DNA from: Chloroflexota bacterium
Lineage (GTDB): Bacteria > Chloroflexota > UBA11872 > VXOZ01
NCBI GenBank assembly: GCA_963662335.2
Contig: CAXXVD010000005.1
Location: 320,001 to 384,000, forward strand
DNA: 64,000 bases
Direction: 5' to 3'
Position numbers and translations under genes: made by a program. The stretch's first letter is position 1. Every line of letters begins with the position of its first letter. Below the pieces are notes generated by a model. That model searched no databases. It worked only from the letters and a program-made list of their open reading frames with translations, and was not told the DNA's origin. This document shows positions 50,132 through 59,605 of this stretch, in pieces.

Positions 50132-51913
50132 TCACTTCTTCCCTTTCTCAGCTTGCACCGTGTAGAGCCGAATGACCTCTTGCACCGAGGTCGCGTCCTC
50201 CGGCCGGCGGTCTTGACGCACGAACCCCACCACGCGCGGGAAGCGCAGCGCGTAGCCCAATTCACCCTCTTGCCCCCTGCCGCAGGTGTGGGTGGGGCTG
50301 CGGGTAATCTCATCCGCCTGGATCTCGACCACGTGGGTGGGGGCACTCCACACATCCGGTTCGATCTCGGCTGCTACCCGCGCCGGCATTTGCTCAACTC
50401 TTTCCTTGTCCAGCAACTCGCGAATCTTTACCCACTCTTCCTCCGAGTAACCGGTGCCAAGACGGGATATGGTCACAAACTGATCGCGGTCCTTGTCATA
50501 GACGCCGAGCAGCAAAGCGCCAATGCCAAACTGCGAGCGCGCGCCCTTGCCGTACCAGTAGCCCAAAACCACGCAATCGACCGTGTCGGATAGCTCTCCC
50601 TGGTACGAGCGCTTCATCTTGATCCAGTCGAAGCTGCGGCGGCCGGCCTGGTAGAGCGAGTCCGGCTTCTTTGCCATCACCCCTTCCAGGCCGTGCTCGA
50701 CCTTGTCGGCAAAGAAGGCTTCGATAGTCGCTACGCTGTCGGTCTCGAGGTTCTCCGTAACCTGCATCACCGGCCCTTCCCGCAGAAAGCCCAGCATCTT
50801 CTGTCGCCGCTCGGTGTAGGGTTGGCGTGTCAGGTCGGCGCCGTCGAGATAGAGCAGGTCGAACAGGATGACGCGCAGGGGCAGCTTTTCGGCCATCTCG
50901 TCTACGTTGTGCTTGCGCCGCCGCTGGGTCGTCATCTGAAACGGCAGAAACGCGCCGGTCTCCGCGTCATACGCCAGCGCCTCGGAATCGGCAATGAACG
51001 TGTGCCCCGCCGCCTGCTCCCGCACCGCGGCCGCCACGTCCGGGAACATGCCGCTGAAGTCTTCCAGGTGGCGCGAGTACATGGTCACGTTCTCGCCGTC
51101 GAAGTGCACCTGGCAGCGGATGCCGTCGTACTTGGGTTCCACGGCGCAGCGTCCCAGCCGCACGACCAGGTCTTCGATGGTGTTGGCGCGCTCGGACGCC
51201 GCCGGAATGACCGGCGTGCCGACCGTAATGCGGATGTCCTGCAAGCCGTCTACGCCCGCGCGCCAGTAGTCCTTGGCCACCCGCGCCAGGTCGGCGCAGA
51301 TGCCGTAAGCGCGCTCAATCGGCGCGCGATGCTCCTTCGACCCCGTGCGCGCAAACGAGAGCGCGTCCATGACCGTCGGATCCCCCACGCCCAACCGCAA
51401 ACGGCCCAAGGGGATGCGCAAGAGGTAGCGCACCTCTTGCTTCCCTACGTTGCGCACAAGATCGGCCAGTTTCGAGACCTTCTTCTCGACGGAGCCCTCC
51501 CCTTCAGCCAGAGCAATCTCCGTCAGGCGTTCGAAGACCTGCACGACCGTCAACGCGCCTTGCTCCCGTTCGATTCGCTCTTCCGCCACCGCGCCGTAGT
51601 CGCCAAGCTCGCCAAAACGCCGGCGCACCTCCTCCGGATCCGCGCCCGTGCCTATCGCTACCGCCTCAGCCGTCAGTTGCTCGCCTACGCCAAACTCGAT
51701 CGGCGCATAGAGCGGCGCGACCCGCCCCTGCAAGAGATAGATCGTCTTGTCCATCTCGTCCGGCCGGGTATTGGTGAATAGCTCCGCCAGCAGTTCCATC
51801 ATCCGAATGCGGCTGCGGGTGGCGTCGAGTTCCGCAAAGTAGGCGGTCAACTGGTGGAACGTGAGAGCAACCGCTTCTTCGCTCCCTGCGGTGGCATCGA
51901 GAGTTGCGGCCAT
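50132..51913 (-). CDS. ATP-dependent DNA ligase (archaeal/LigI-like three-domain type)
   Basis: LRLGVG DNA-binding domain, EPKYDG, DSE, FDLLY, EGVMAK, WIKMK, LRFPR. Confidence 0.93.
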   Translation of the reverse strand: MAATLDATAGSEEAVALTFHQLTAYFAELDATRSRIRMMELLAELFTNTRPDEMDKTIYLLQGRVAPLYAPIEFGVGEQLTAEAVAIGTGADPEEVRRRFGELGDYGAVAEERIEREQGALTVVQVFERLTEIALAEGEGSVEKKVSKLADLVRNVGKQEVRYLLRIPLGRLRLGVGDPTVMDALSFARTGSKEHRAPIERAYGICADLARVAKDYWRAGVDGLQDIRITVGTPVIPAASERANTIEDLVVRLGRCAVEPKYDGIRCQVHFDGENVTMYSRHLEDFSGMFPDVAAAVREQAAGHTFIADSEALAYDAETGAFLPFQMTTQRRRKHNVDEMAEKLPLRVILFDLLYLDGADLTRQPYTERRQKMLGFLREGPVMQVTENLETDSVATIEAFFADKVEHGLEGVMAKKPDSLYQAGRRSFDWIKMKRSYQGELSDTVDCVVLGYWYGKGARSQFGIGALLLGVYDKDRDQFVTISRLGTGYSEEEWVKIRELLDKERVEQMPARVAAEIEPDVWSAPTHVVEIQADEITRSPTHTCGRGQEGELGYALRFPRVVGFVRQDRRPEDATSVQEVIRLYTVQAEKGKK

Positions 51914-52270
51914 GGTTACACTTCTCTCCTGGTGGCGCATTGAGGACTACGATTTCGACGAACGGTCTTGCCAAGAGCATGCGGCACACTCTGCCCTCAG
52001 CAATGGGGCAAGAATCTGTGCGCGAGGCGGCCTAACGGGGACATTGATTACGGCAATTGTGCCGGGACGCGCGCGGTTGGCATGAGAGGCGCGCGGATAC
52101 GCAAGGCGGTCACGGCTAGAGGGTCGTGCTAACGCACGTTGCAACAGTCGAGGCTGAGATGGGGTCAACAGAGGAATACGTTCAGACAGAAGACTACGAA
52201 GAGAGTGCTCCGCAGTTGCTAATAGTGTACCACAGGAGCGGCTCTTTCTTCTATTCCGCCGCTGTCGCTG

Positions 52271-53632
52271 TCACCGCCGCGCTAGTGCTGTTTGCAGACT
52301 GTCTCGCTCTGCGGCTAACGCGGAACTCACTTGCACCGGATACTGCGGCGCGGCGGCCGCCAAGGCGTGCAAGCGCGGCGGCAGCGTTTCCCGTTGCTGT
52401 CGCGCCCGCTTCCGCGCCGCCGCCAGGCCGTCACGGCCGGCGGGCAGGCGTTTACCGCCTAGCATGACGGGCACGAGCAGCGGCGCGCCTTCAGCCGGGC
52501 GTTCGTCCGCCAAGCCGATCACGTCCCGCGCCATCTCGTCATTTTCCCATTCGCGGAAGACCTGCTTGCGGCCCGGCAGCGCCGACTTGCCCGCCGCAAG
52601 CTTCATGCGCCCGCGGCCGGCGTATTCCACCAGCTTGTAGGCGCAATCCAAAGCCGGCGCATCGTGGGAAACGCTCATGCGCGTGCCCACGCCGTAGCCG
52701 TCGATTGGCGCGTCTTGCGCAACCAGGTCGGCAATGGCGTACTCATCCAGGCTGTTGCTGGCGAATATCTCCACGTGTTGAAGGCCGGCGTCGTCCAGGA
52801 TGCGGCGGGCAGTCTGCGCCAGCATTGCCAGTTCACCGGAATCCAGCCGTATCGCCCGGACCCGGAAGGCGCTGCCCAGTTCCTGCGCCAAGGCGGCAAC
52901 CTTAGCCACGCCCGCCACCGTGTCGTAGGTGTCCACAAGCAAGACAGTCTCCGGATAGAGCGCGGCAAACCGGCGGAACGCCTCCATTTCGTCGTCATGC
53001 GCCTGCACGTAACTGTGCGCCATGGTGCCCCTGACCGGTATGCCGTAGCGCTTGCCGGCCAGCACGTTGGACGTTGCGTCCACGCCGGCCACGTGGAACG
53101 CGCGCGCGCCTGTGATTGCCGCGTCCGTGCCGTGCGCCCGGCGGGAGCCGAAGTCCACCACCGTTGCGCCCCGCGCCGCCTGCACCACCCGCGCGGCTGT
53201 AGACGCCATGAGCGTCTGGAAGTGAACCTGGTTAATGAGCAGCGTCTCTACCAGTTGCGCCTGCGGCAGCGGCGCTACCACTTCCACCAGCGGTTCCCCG
53301 GGAAACGCCACGGTACCCTCCGGCAGCGCGTACACGTCGCCGGTGAAGCGAAAGTCCGCCAGGTAGTCTAGGAAGTCGGGAGAAAAGCTCCCTAGTCCTG
53401 TAAGGTAGTCCAACGCCTCGCCGCAAAAAGCCAGATTCTCCACGTAATCCAGCACGTCGGCCAGGCCGCACGCGATCACGTAGTGCCACCGCTCCGGCAG
53501 GCGGCGTATGAAGAAGTCGAAGACCGCAGTCTCTTCCAGGCCCTCGCGCACGTAAGCCTGGAGCATGGTCAGGGCGTAGAGATCGGTGAACAAGGCGGTG
53601 TCGGCGCGCGCATCCCGGAGGCCCAGCGGCAT
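52271..53632 (-). CDS. pncB: Nicotinate phosphoribosyltransferase
   Basis: LFTDLY, DFGSRRAHG, GTMAHS, LVDTYD, RLDSG, YKLVEY, PGRKQV. Confidence 0.95.
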   Translation of the reverse strand: MPLGLRDARADTALFTDLYALTMLQAYVREGLEETAVFDFFIRRLPERWHYVIACGLADVLDYVENLAFCGEALDYLTGLGSFSPDFLDYLADFRFTGDVYALPEGTVAFPGEPLVEVVAPLPQAQLVETLLINQVHFQTLMASTAARVVQAARGATVVDFGSRRAHGTDAAITGARAFHVAGVDATSNVLAGKRYGIPVRGTMAHSYVQAHDDEMEAFRRFAALYPETVLLVDTYDTVAGVAKVAALAQELGSAFRVRAIRLDSGELAMLAQTARRILDDAGLQHVEIFASNSLDEYAIADLVAQDAPIDGYGVGTRMSVSHDAPALDCAYKLVEYAGRGRMKLAAGKSALPGRKQVFREWENDEMARDVIGLADERPAEGAPLLVPVMLGGKRLPAGRDGLAAARKRARQQRETLPPRLHALAAAAPQYPVQVSSALAAERDSLQTALARR

Positions 53633-53683
53633 GGTCGTACTCCCAAAGCGTCCTGCCTAAGACAACCTGCACGTTTCGCGCGC

Positions 53684-53838
53684 AGAGGCGGGGGACAAGC
53701 CCCCGCGCTACGGTGTAATCGGTAACATCAGGCGTACTCGCAGCCAAGAGGCGGGGGACAGGCCCCCGCGCTACGGTGTAATCGGTAACATCAGGCGTAC
53801 TCGCAGCCAAGAGGCGGGGGACAAGCCCCCGCGCTACG
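53684..53838 (-). repeat. 63-bp tandem repeat (about 2.5 units) built from three REP-C copies (BIME-like)
   Basis: Units start at 53684, 53747, 53810; the two linkers are identical. Confidence 0.9.
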
Positions 53839-53853
53839 ATTCCCTCTCCCTGG

Positions 53854-54000
53854 CTGACAGGCGAGTGTATTCTATAGCCCAATTCACGTGTCATTCCGAA
53901 CGGAGCGCAGCGGAGTGAGGAATCTAGAGCGAAACCTTACTAGACCGGTATCTTTAGATTCCTCGCTGCGCTCGGAATGACATTTACCTGCCCTTGTTAG
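53854..54000. mobile_element. 147-bp MITE (CTGACAGG...CTTGTTAG) inserted in REP-B
   Basis: CTGG on both sides (53850-53853, 54001-54004); excision restores TCCCTCTCCCTGGGTAGAGGGCTAGGGTGAAGGGA; reverse-complement homolog of 1043-1189. Confidence 0.75.
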
Positions 54001-54054
54001 CTGGGTAGAGGGCTAGGGTGAAGGGAGACTCCTAACGTCATCAAGAACGAACCG

Positions 54055-54687
54055 CTAGTAGATGGTGCTGGCGGCGGGAATGCCGGTCAGGTGGTGCGTA
54101 TCGTTCCACAGAATCAGCGTCGGCAGCGTGCCGCGCCACTCGATGATGGAGAGGCCGGCGTGCCCGACGGTGACTTGCCAATAGCGCTCCAGCGGCAGGT
54201 CGAACAGGTGGCAGAAGTACATGCGCAGCCCGCCGCCGTGCATCACCACCACTGCCGTCTGCCCCTCGTGCCGGTGGACGATACGGCGCAGGGCGGCCTG
54301 GGTGCGCCGGTAGAGCGTGGGACCGTCCTCCGCGCCCGGCGGCGCCCAGTGCGGGTCGCGGCGATGTTGCTCCCAAGCCGCCTTGTCGGCCATCAGGTCG
54401 GCCAGCCGGCGGCCTTCCCAATCCCCGTAGCCGCGTTCGCGCAGATCGGCATCCCGAACCGCCACCGCGTCATGGGGCGCGGCGATGGCTCGCGCCGTGT
54501 CGTAGCCGCGCGCCAGATCGCTGCAATAGACGCCGCCCAGTGACTCGCTTGAGAGTCGCGCCGCAACTGCCTGCGCTTGCGCTTCTCCTTCCGCGGAAAG
54601 CGGCGGGTCCTGTTGGCCCTGAATGCGCCCCTGGCTGTTCCAGGTTGACTCGCAGTGGCGAATGAGCAGCAGCCGTACCATGCTCAT
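54055..54687 (-). CDS. Histidine phosphatase (PGM/CobC-like)
   Basis: IRHCES.WN...QGQQD.PL, SDLAR, LRE..YG.WEG, MHGG, WNDT.HL; ATGA overlap with folC. Confidence 0.9.
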   Translation of the reverse strand: MSMVRLLLIRHCESTWNSQGRIQGQQDPPLSAEGEAQAQAVAARLSSESLGGVYCSDLARGYDTARAIAAPHDAVAVRDADLRERGYGDWEGRRLADLMADKAAWEQHRRDPHWAPPGAEDGPTLYRRTQAALRRIVHRHEGQTAVVVMHGGGLRMYFCHLFDLPLERYWQVTVGHAGLSIIEWRGTLPTLILWNDTHHLTGIPAASTIY

Positions 54688-56102
54688 GCCCCCGCGCCGC
54701 CGGCCGCGCCGGGAGCATTGGTCGCGGGGAGCGGCGGGTCTATGGCGGCGGCCAAACCGAATGCTTCCCGCGCTTCCGCCGCCACGAAGAGCGAGCCCGT
54801 GGCGCAGAGCACGTCGGTTGACTCCATGTCGTTCAGCCCCAGCCGGATAGCCTGCTTCACGTTTCGCACCACCCGCACCGGTACCCGGCCCGCCGCGTGG
54901 GGCGAATCGAGGGCGGCCGCCGCAATCACGGCGGGGTCTTGCGCGCGCGGATGGCGCGACCCTACCGCGATCAGCCCGTTCACCGCCGGCAGCAAGGCGT
55001 CGAGCACGCTGCCGACGTCTTTGTCCCGGTTCAGACCCAGAATACCGTGCACGCCGCGCCCAGGATAGTGCGCCGCCAGGGTCTCGCGCAAGCGGAGAAT
55101 GGCGTCCGGCGTGTGCGCGCCGTCGGCGATCACCGGCGGCCAGGCGGACAACTGCTCGAACCGCCCCGGCCAGCGCGCCGCTTCGATGCCGGCGCATACT
55201 GCCTTTATGTCAAGCGGCACGCCCTGCGCCGCCAGTTCCTCTACGACGGCGAGCGCAACGCCGAGATTGAGCCGCTGGTGCGGGCCGCACAAGGAAAAGC
55301 GCACGGTACGTTCCTCGCCCAGCGCCGTGATCCTGCAGACTTGCGCCGGGTACTCCCAAGGACAAAGGGCAGGAGCCGCCACCGGCGCGCACACTCGCTC
55401 GTCAACCGCATTGATCCGGGCGCGCCGCTCGTCGCACACGGACTGAAAAACATCAGTTACCTCCGCCGGGCCCGGCGCGTGTATCAGCGCGCCGCCGTCC
55501 TTGACGATGCCGGCTTTCTCGCGGGCAATCGCCGCCAACGTGCCGCCGAGAATCGCGGTGTGCTCCAGGCTGATCGTGGTGATGACGGACACGCGCGGCG
55601 TAAGGACGTTTGTGGCGTCCAGTCTGCCGCCCAAACCGACCTCCACCACGGCCAGGTCAACCGCCGCTTCGGCAAAGTGGAGAAAGCCCAGGGCGGTCGC
55701 CAGTTCGTACGTCGTCGGCTTGCCGAGAGCGGGCTGCTCGCCGTGGAGCGCCTCCGCCGCCAACGCCACCCGTTCCACAAGGCGGCAGAAGTCATGTGCC
55801 GCAATAGGCGCGTTATCGATGCGTACCCGCTCGCGAAACGTATGCAGGTGCGGCTGCGTATAGAGACCCGTGCGCAGACCGGCGGCGCGCAAAATGGACT
55901 CAACGATTGCCGCCGTAGAGCCTTTGCCCTTGCTGCCGGCCACGTGGACGCTGGGAAAGCGCCGGTGCGGCTCGCCCAATTTGCGCAGCAGAACCTTGAT
56001 CCGCTCCAGCGTAAAGCGCGGCGGCGCGTCCGCGCCGTAGCCGATGCCACGCTCCCAATCCGCGAAGGCGTAGAGGTATTGCAGCGCCTGGGCGTAGTCC
56101 AT
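54684..56102 (-). CDS. folC: Folylpolyglutamate synthase / dihydrofolate synthase
   Basis: HVAGSKGKGS, PHL...ERV, EVGLGGRLDATN, IAREKAGI, WPGRFE, DGAHT, TGSLF. Confidence 0.95.
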   Translation of the reverse strand: MDYAQALQYLYAFADWERGIGYGADAPPRFTLERIKVLLRKLGEPHRRFPSVHVAGSKGKGSTAAIVESILRAAGLRTGLYTQPHLHTFRERVRIDNAPIAAHDFCRLVERVALAAEALHGEQPALGKPTTYELATALGFLHFAEAAVDLAVVEVGLGGRLDATNVLTPRVSVITTISLEHTAILGGTLAAIAREKAGIVKDGGALIHAPGPAEVTDVFQSVCDERRARINAVDERVCAPVAAPALCPWEYPAQVCRITALGEERTVRFSLCGPHQRLNLGVALAVVEELAAQGVPLDIKAVCAGIEAARWPGRFEQLSAWPPVIADGAHTPDAILRLRETLAAHYPGRGVHGILGLNRDKDVGSVLDALLPAVNGLIAVGSRHPRAQDPAVIAAAALDSPHAAGRVPVRVVRNVKQAIRLGLNDMESTDVLCATGSLFVAAEAREAFGLAAAIDPPLPATNAPGAAGGAGA

Positions 56103-56108
56103 CGCGGC

Positions 56109-56747
56109 TCAGCGCTGTCCCGTGGCGATGGCCATGAACTCGTTGCGCGTGCGGGGGTCCGAAAGGAAGAGGCCGCGCATCGCGCTCGTTACCATGCGCG
56201 AGCCCGGCTTCTGGATGCCCCGCATCGCAATGCACATGTGTTCCGCCTCGACCACCACCGCCACGCCCTTGGGCCGGATGGCGTCCGCGATCGTAGCCGC
56301 CGCGTCATCGGTCAGCCGCTCCTGCAATTGCGGCCGCCGCGCCAGAGTCTCGATCGCGCGGGCCAGCTTGCTCGCGCCCACGATCTGGCCGCTGGGCAGG
56401 TAGCCCACGTGCACCATGCCCCAGAACGGCAGGAGATGATGCTCGCACATGGAGAAGAACTGGATGTCCTTCAGCACGACCATTCCTTCGTATGCTTCAT
56501 GGAAGCTCATGTCTATGGCCGCGGCCGGCTCGCGAAACAACCCGGCAAAGAGAAAGGCATACGCCTGGGCGATGCGGCGCGGCGTTTCGCGCAAGCCTTC
56601 CCGCGCCGGGTCTTCGCCAATGGCCAGCAGGATTTCCCGCACGGCGCGCTCGATACGGGCGGTATCGATGGGCGCATCCGCATCCGCTGCCTCTTGTTCC
56701 GGGGCGGCGAGACCGTCGCGCCGCGCTTCACCCGCGTTCATCTGCAT
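56109..56747 (-). CDS. folE: GTP cyclohydrolase I
   Basis: REGLRETPRR, SMCEHHLLPF, GASKLAR, QLQERLT, HMCIAMRG. Confidence 0.96.
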   Translation of the reverse strand: MQMNAGEARRDGLAAPEQEAADADAPIDTARIERAVREILLAIGEDPAREGLRETPRRIAQAYAFLFAGLFREPAAAIDMSFHEAYEGMVVLKDIQFFSMCEHHLLPFWGMVHVGYLPSGQIVGASKLARAIETLARRPQLQERLTDDAAATIADAIRPKGVAVVVEAEHMCIAMRGIQKPGSRMVTSAMRGLFLSDPRTRNEFMAIATGQR

Positions 56748-56762
56748 ATCGTTCCAGTGCGT

Positions 56763-57440
56763 CTAGGACGCGCGCTGCCCGCGCAGGGCGTCGGTTAGGG
56801 CTCGATGCACGAGTTTGCCGATCAAATGGCCAATTTGGGTGGTAGGGCCCGCCCGCCGGATGCGCTCGCCCCGGCTAAGGCAGCCTACGACCACACTGTC
56901 GGCGGGCGCGCCGGTGGCAACGTGATCGTCGCCGGTGCGTATCCGAATTTCGGCGAGCGTGCGCGCCTTGGCTTCGGTGGCCGTTACGATGGCGTTCACC
57001 ATTGCGCCCATGGCAAGGCTGGCATCGGTGAGCACAATTATGTCAATACTCCCACCGCTGCACTCCCCGCCGGGCCGCGTCAGCCCGGCGCTACTCCGCG
57101 CTCCCAGGTCCGCGCATAGTAGCACGGTCACCTGCCACTTCGCCGTCGCTGCCGTTGCCTGCGCGTATTCCCCGGCACTCCCGGCCGTCAGCACGCCCGC
57201 GTACGGCTCTTGGATACCGGCTTGCAGCGCCCAGTCGTGGAGATCGCGTTCCGGTTCACCCGGCGCTTGCGCCGCGGCGCGCGACATGATTACGATGTTG
57301 CGCGTCAGCGCGAGATCGTCGCCAATGTCCGGACTGCCCAGCACCCGCAGCGGCTCACGGCTGCTGACGCGCAGCACGTTCTGAGCGTAGGCAAGCGTAA
57401 CGCCTTCCAGACAGAATTCGCTGTCCGCCTCCGCACTCAT
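56763..57440 (-). CDS. Adenosylcobinamide amidohydrolase (CbiZ)-like protein, divergent
   Basis: GVLTA, GSIDIIV, AMVNAIVTATEAK, ATG...DSVVV, GPTT.IG.LIG. Confidence 0.7.
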   Translation of the reverse strand: MSAEADSEFCLEGVTLAYAQNVLRVSSREPLRVLGSPDIGDDLALTRNIVIMSRAAAQAPGEPERDLHDWALQAGIQEPYAGVLTAGSAGEYAQATAATAKWQVTVLLCADLGARSSAGLTRPGGECSGGSIDIIVLTDASLAMGAMVNAIVTATEAKARTLAEIRIRTGDDHVATGAPADSVVVGCLSRGERIRRAGPTTQIGHLIGKLVHRALTDALRGQRAS

Positions 57441-57662
57441 CGCCGTATTTCTTATTCCCCTCGGTAATCTGGCCGCATACACAGGAGAGCCGACGCTAGC
57501 CGCAGCGCGCGTGGAGGCGATAACGCCACATCCAGTATTCATTGGAGGCAGCCACGCTGTCAACCGGATTCATGCAACCCGAGAATGCTTCTAGCATTCC
57601 CCTATGTGTCCAGTGTCTCGTCGATAGAATCCACTAGTCGCTTGAGGGGTGTAGAAGATCGG

Positions 57663-57733
57663 TGTCATTCCGAGCGCAGCGAGGAATCTAGAACCGCCAA
57701 CTCCCTAGATTCCTCGCTGCGCTCGGAATGACA
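57663..57733. repeat. REP-A palindrome
   Basis: TGTCATTCCGAGCGCAGCGAGGAATCTAG / CTAGATTCCTCGCTGCGCTCGGAATGACA perfect 29-bp arms. Confidence 0.9.
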
Positions 57734-57872
57734 GTGATGCAAACCATACGCGGGGCATGGGAAACCGCGCGCACGCCACTCCACCCTGGCGCGATAGCAT
57801 TATTTCGAACTACAACGTATCATGGGTACGGAGATTGCATTCGCGCTGAAATGCAGGGAACGCGAGGAGCGT

Positions 57873-58904
57873 ATGAATTCCGCGGCCTACACCGAGACTC
57901 AACTGCGCCAGGCCATCGACCGGCTGCCGCGCGTCCGCCTGGCGGAATTGCCCACGCCGCTGCAAGAGGCGGCGCGCCTCTCCGACGCGCTCGGCGGCCC
58001 GCCGCTCTTCTTCAAGCGCGACGACTTGACCGGCCTGGCGTTCGGCGGCAACAAGACGCGGCACCTGGAGTTCATCCTGGGCGAGGCCCTGCAACGCGGG
58101 GCCGACACCATCATTACCGGCGCGTCTATTCAATCGAACTTCTGCCGCCAGACGGCCGCCGCCTGCGCCAAACTGGGCTTGCGCTGCGTCCTCATCCTGA
58201 ACGGCCAGACCGCGGACGCGCCGCAGGGAAACCTGTTGCTCGACCACCTGGCAGGGGCGGACGTGCGTCTCGTGCAGGTGCGGCAACTACCCGATCTCAT
58301 TGCCCTCTGCGAAGAAGCCGCCGCCGCGGAACGGCAGGCGGGGCGGAACCCCATCGTGGTCGACTTGTGGCGCGGCATCGCCAGTTTGGGTTCGGTCTCG
58401 TACGTCGAGTGCGCATTGGAACTGAAAGCGCAACTGGAAGAACTCGGTTTGCTGCGCGCTTCGGTCTATCTCTCTTCCGCCACCGCCACGCAAGGCGGGT
58501 TGGCGTTGGCGGCGCGCGCGCTCGGTCTGGATTGGCGCATCGTGGGCATTAGTCCCATTCGCACGGATCTCGTGCCCGCGGCTGTGGTGGCAGATCTGGC
58601 GAACGAGGCCGCGGAACGCCTCGATCTCGGCCTGCGCCTGACTCCGGCCGACATTGAGAACCAAGAGGAGTACATCGGCCCCGGCTATGCCCTGCCCACG
58701 GCGGAGGCGCGCGAGGCCCTGGAACTCGTGGCGCGCACCGAGGGGCTGTTCCTGGATCCGGTCTACACAGCCAAGGCCATGGCCGGCCTCATCGACCACA
58801 TCCGTGCCGGCGAACTCGATCCCTCGCGGCCGGTAGTCTTCTTGCACACCGGCGGCACGCCGGCCCTCTTTGCGTTCAACGACTGGTACGCAGATTCGCG
58901 GTGA
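57873..58904 (+). CDS. D-cysteine desulfhydrase / ACC deaminase-family PLP enzyme
   Basis: PTPL, KRDDLTGLAFGGNKTR, QSNF, LDPVYTAKA, FLHTGG. Confidence 0.92.
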   Translation: MNSAAYTETQLRQAIDRLPRVRLAELPTPLQEAARLSDALGGPPLFFKRDDLTGLAFGGNKTRHLEFILGEALQRGADTIITGASIQSNFCRQTAAACAKLGLRCVLILNGQTADAPQGNLLLDHLAGADVRLVQVRQLPDLIALCEEAAAAERQAGRNPIVVDLWRGIASLGSVSYVECALELKAQLEELGLLRASVYLSSATATQGGLALAARALGLDWRIVGISPIRTDLVPAAVVADLANEAAERLDLGLRLTPADIENQEEYIGPGYALPTAEAREALELVARTEGLFLDPVYTAKAMAGLIDHIRAGELDPSRPVVFLHTGGTPALFAFNDWYADSR

Positions 58905-58934
58905 GCGCATTCAACAACCGGAAAGGCGGCGTCT

Positions 58935-59519
58935 GTGTCAACGCCAAACGGTGAGACGATCCCCGGCAAGCAAGTGGCGGGTTTGCCCTTAGCGCCCTTC
59001 GAAAAGCGCGTCAAGGCGGCGTTGTGGGACTTGATGTTCTTCATCTTCGGCCTCGCCGCCGCGGCGATGCTGGCGGTGACCGCCGTCATCACGGGCGTCC
59101 TCATTCTGGGCGTGTCGGTAGGTGAGGTCACGGAAGACACCGTCTATCCCGACGCGGCCATCATCGTGCCGTTTGGCCTGGCCATCCTCATAGTTGCGCT
59201 CGCGCCGTACATCTACTTCGTCCAGGTGCCCGCCGAATACAGCGGCACGGCCGGGATGCGCCTGGTGGGCGTGCGCGCTGTGACTGCGGCGGGAGAGCAG
59301 ATGAACTGGCGGCAGGCCGCCACGCGCGCGCTCGCCATGCTGGTCTCCGTCGGCGCGCTCTGCGCGGGCGGCTTCTGGATGTACCGCGAGCCCAACCGCC
59401 GCACGTGGCACGACCTGGCCGCCGGCACGTACGTGATCGAGGACGTGTACATTCCCCGGCGGCTCAACCTGGACCCCTGGGACCCAATCGAAGAGGAAGA
59501 TGAGGACGATACGTCCTAA
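58935..59519 (+). CDS. RDD-family membrane protein
   Basis: LAPFEKRVKAALWD, T.GM...G, R.WHDLAAGT.V. Confidence 0.85.
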   Translation: MSTPNGETIPGKQVAGLPLAPFEKRVKAALWDLMFFIFGLAAAAMLAVTAVITGVLILGVSVGEVTEDTVYPDAAIIVPFGLAILIVALAPYIYFVQVPAEYSGTAGMRLVGVRAVTAAGEQMNWRQAATRALAMLVSVGALCAGGFWMYREPNRRTWHDLAAGTYVIEDVYIPRRLNLDPWDPIEEEDEDDTS

Positions 59520-59605
59520 CTCAACCTGCATGAGCCGCCGGCCATTGGGCGGTGACGCTTAGCCAAGTTCAGGCATCCGATAGTCCGCGCAAGAGGGAGC
59601 AAACG

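Noticed and set aside
52126-52467. 113-aa plus-strand ORF
   Set aside because: Overlaps the pncB 3' end antisense, has no clear SD and no recognisable domain
53684-53838. CRISPR-like repeat/spacer pattern (28-bp palindromic repeat, 35-bp spacer)
   Set aside because: The two spacers are identical, the repeat occurs singly elsewhere as a GTAG REP, and there are no cas genes
57441-57660. Cobalamin riboswitch upstream of the cbiZ-like gene
   Set aside because: No B12-box or GGGAA...GCCACTG consensus; only a promoter-like TTGACA-N18-AATACT and a short palindrome
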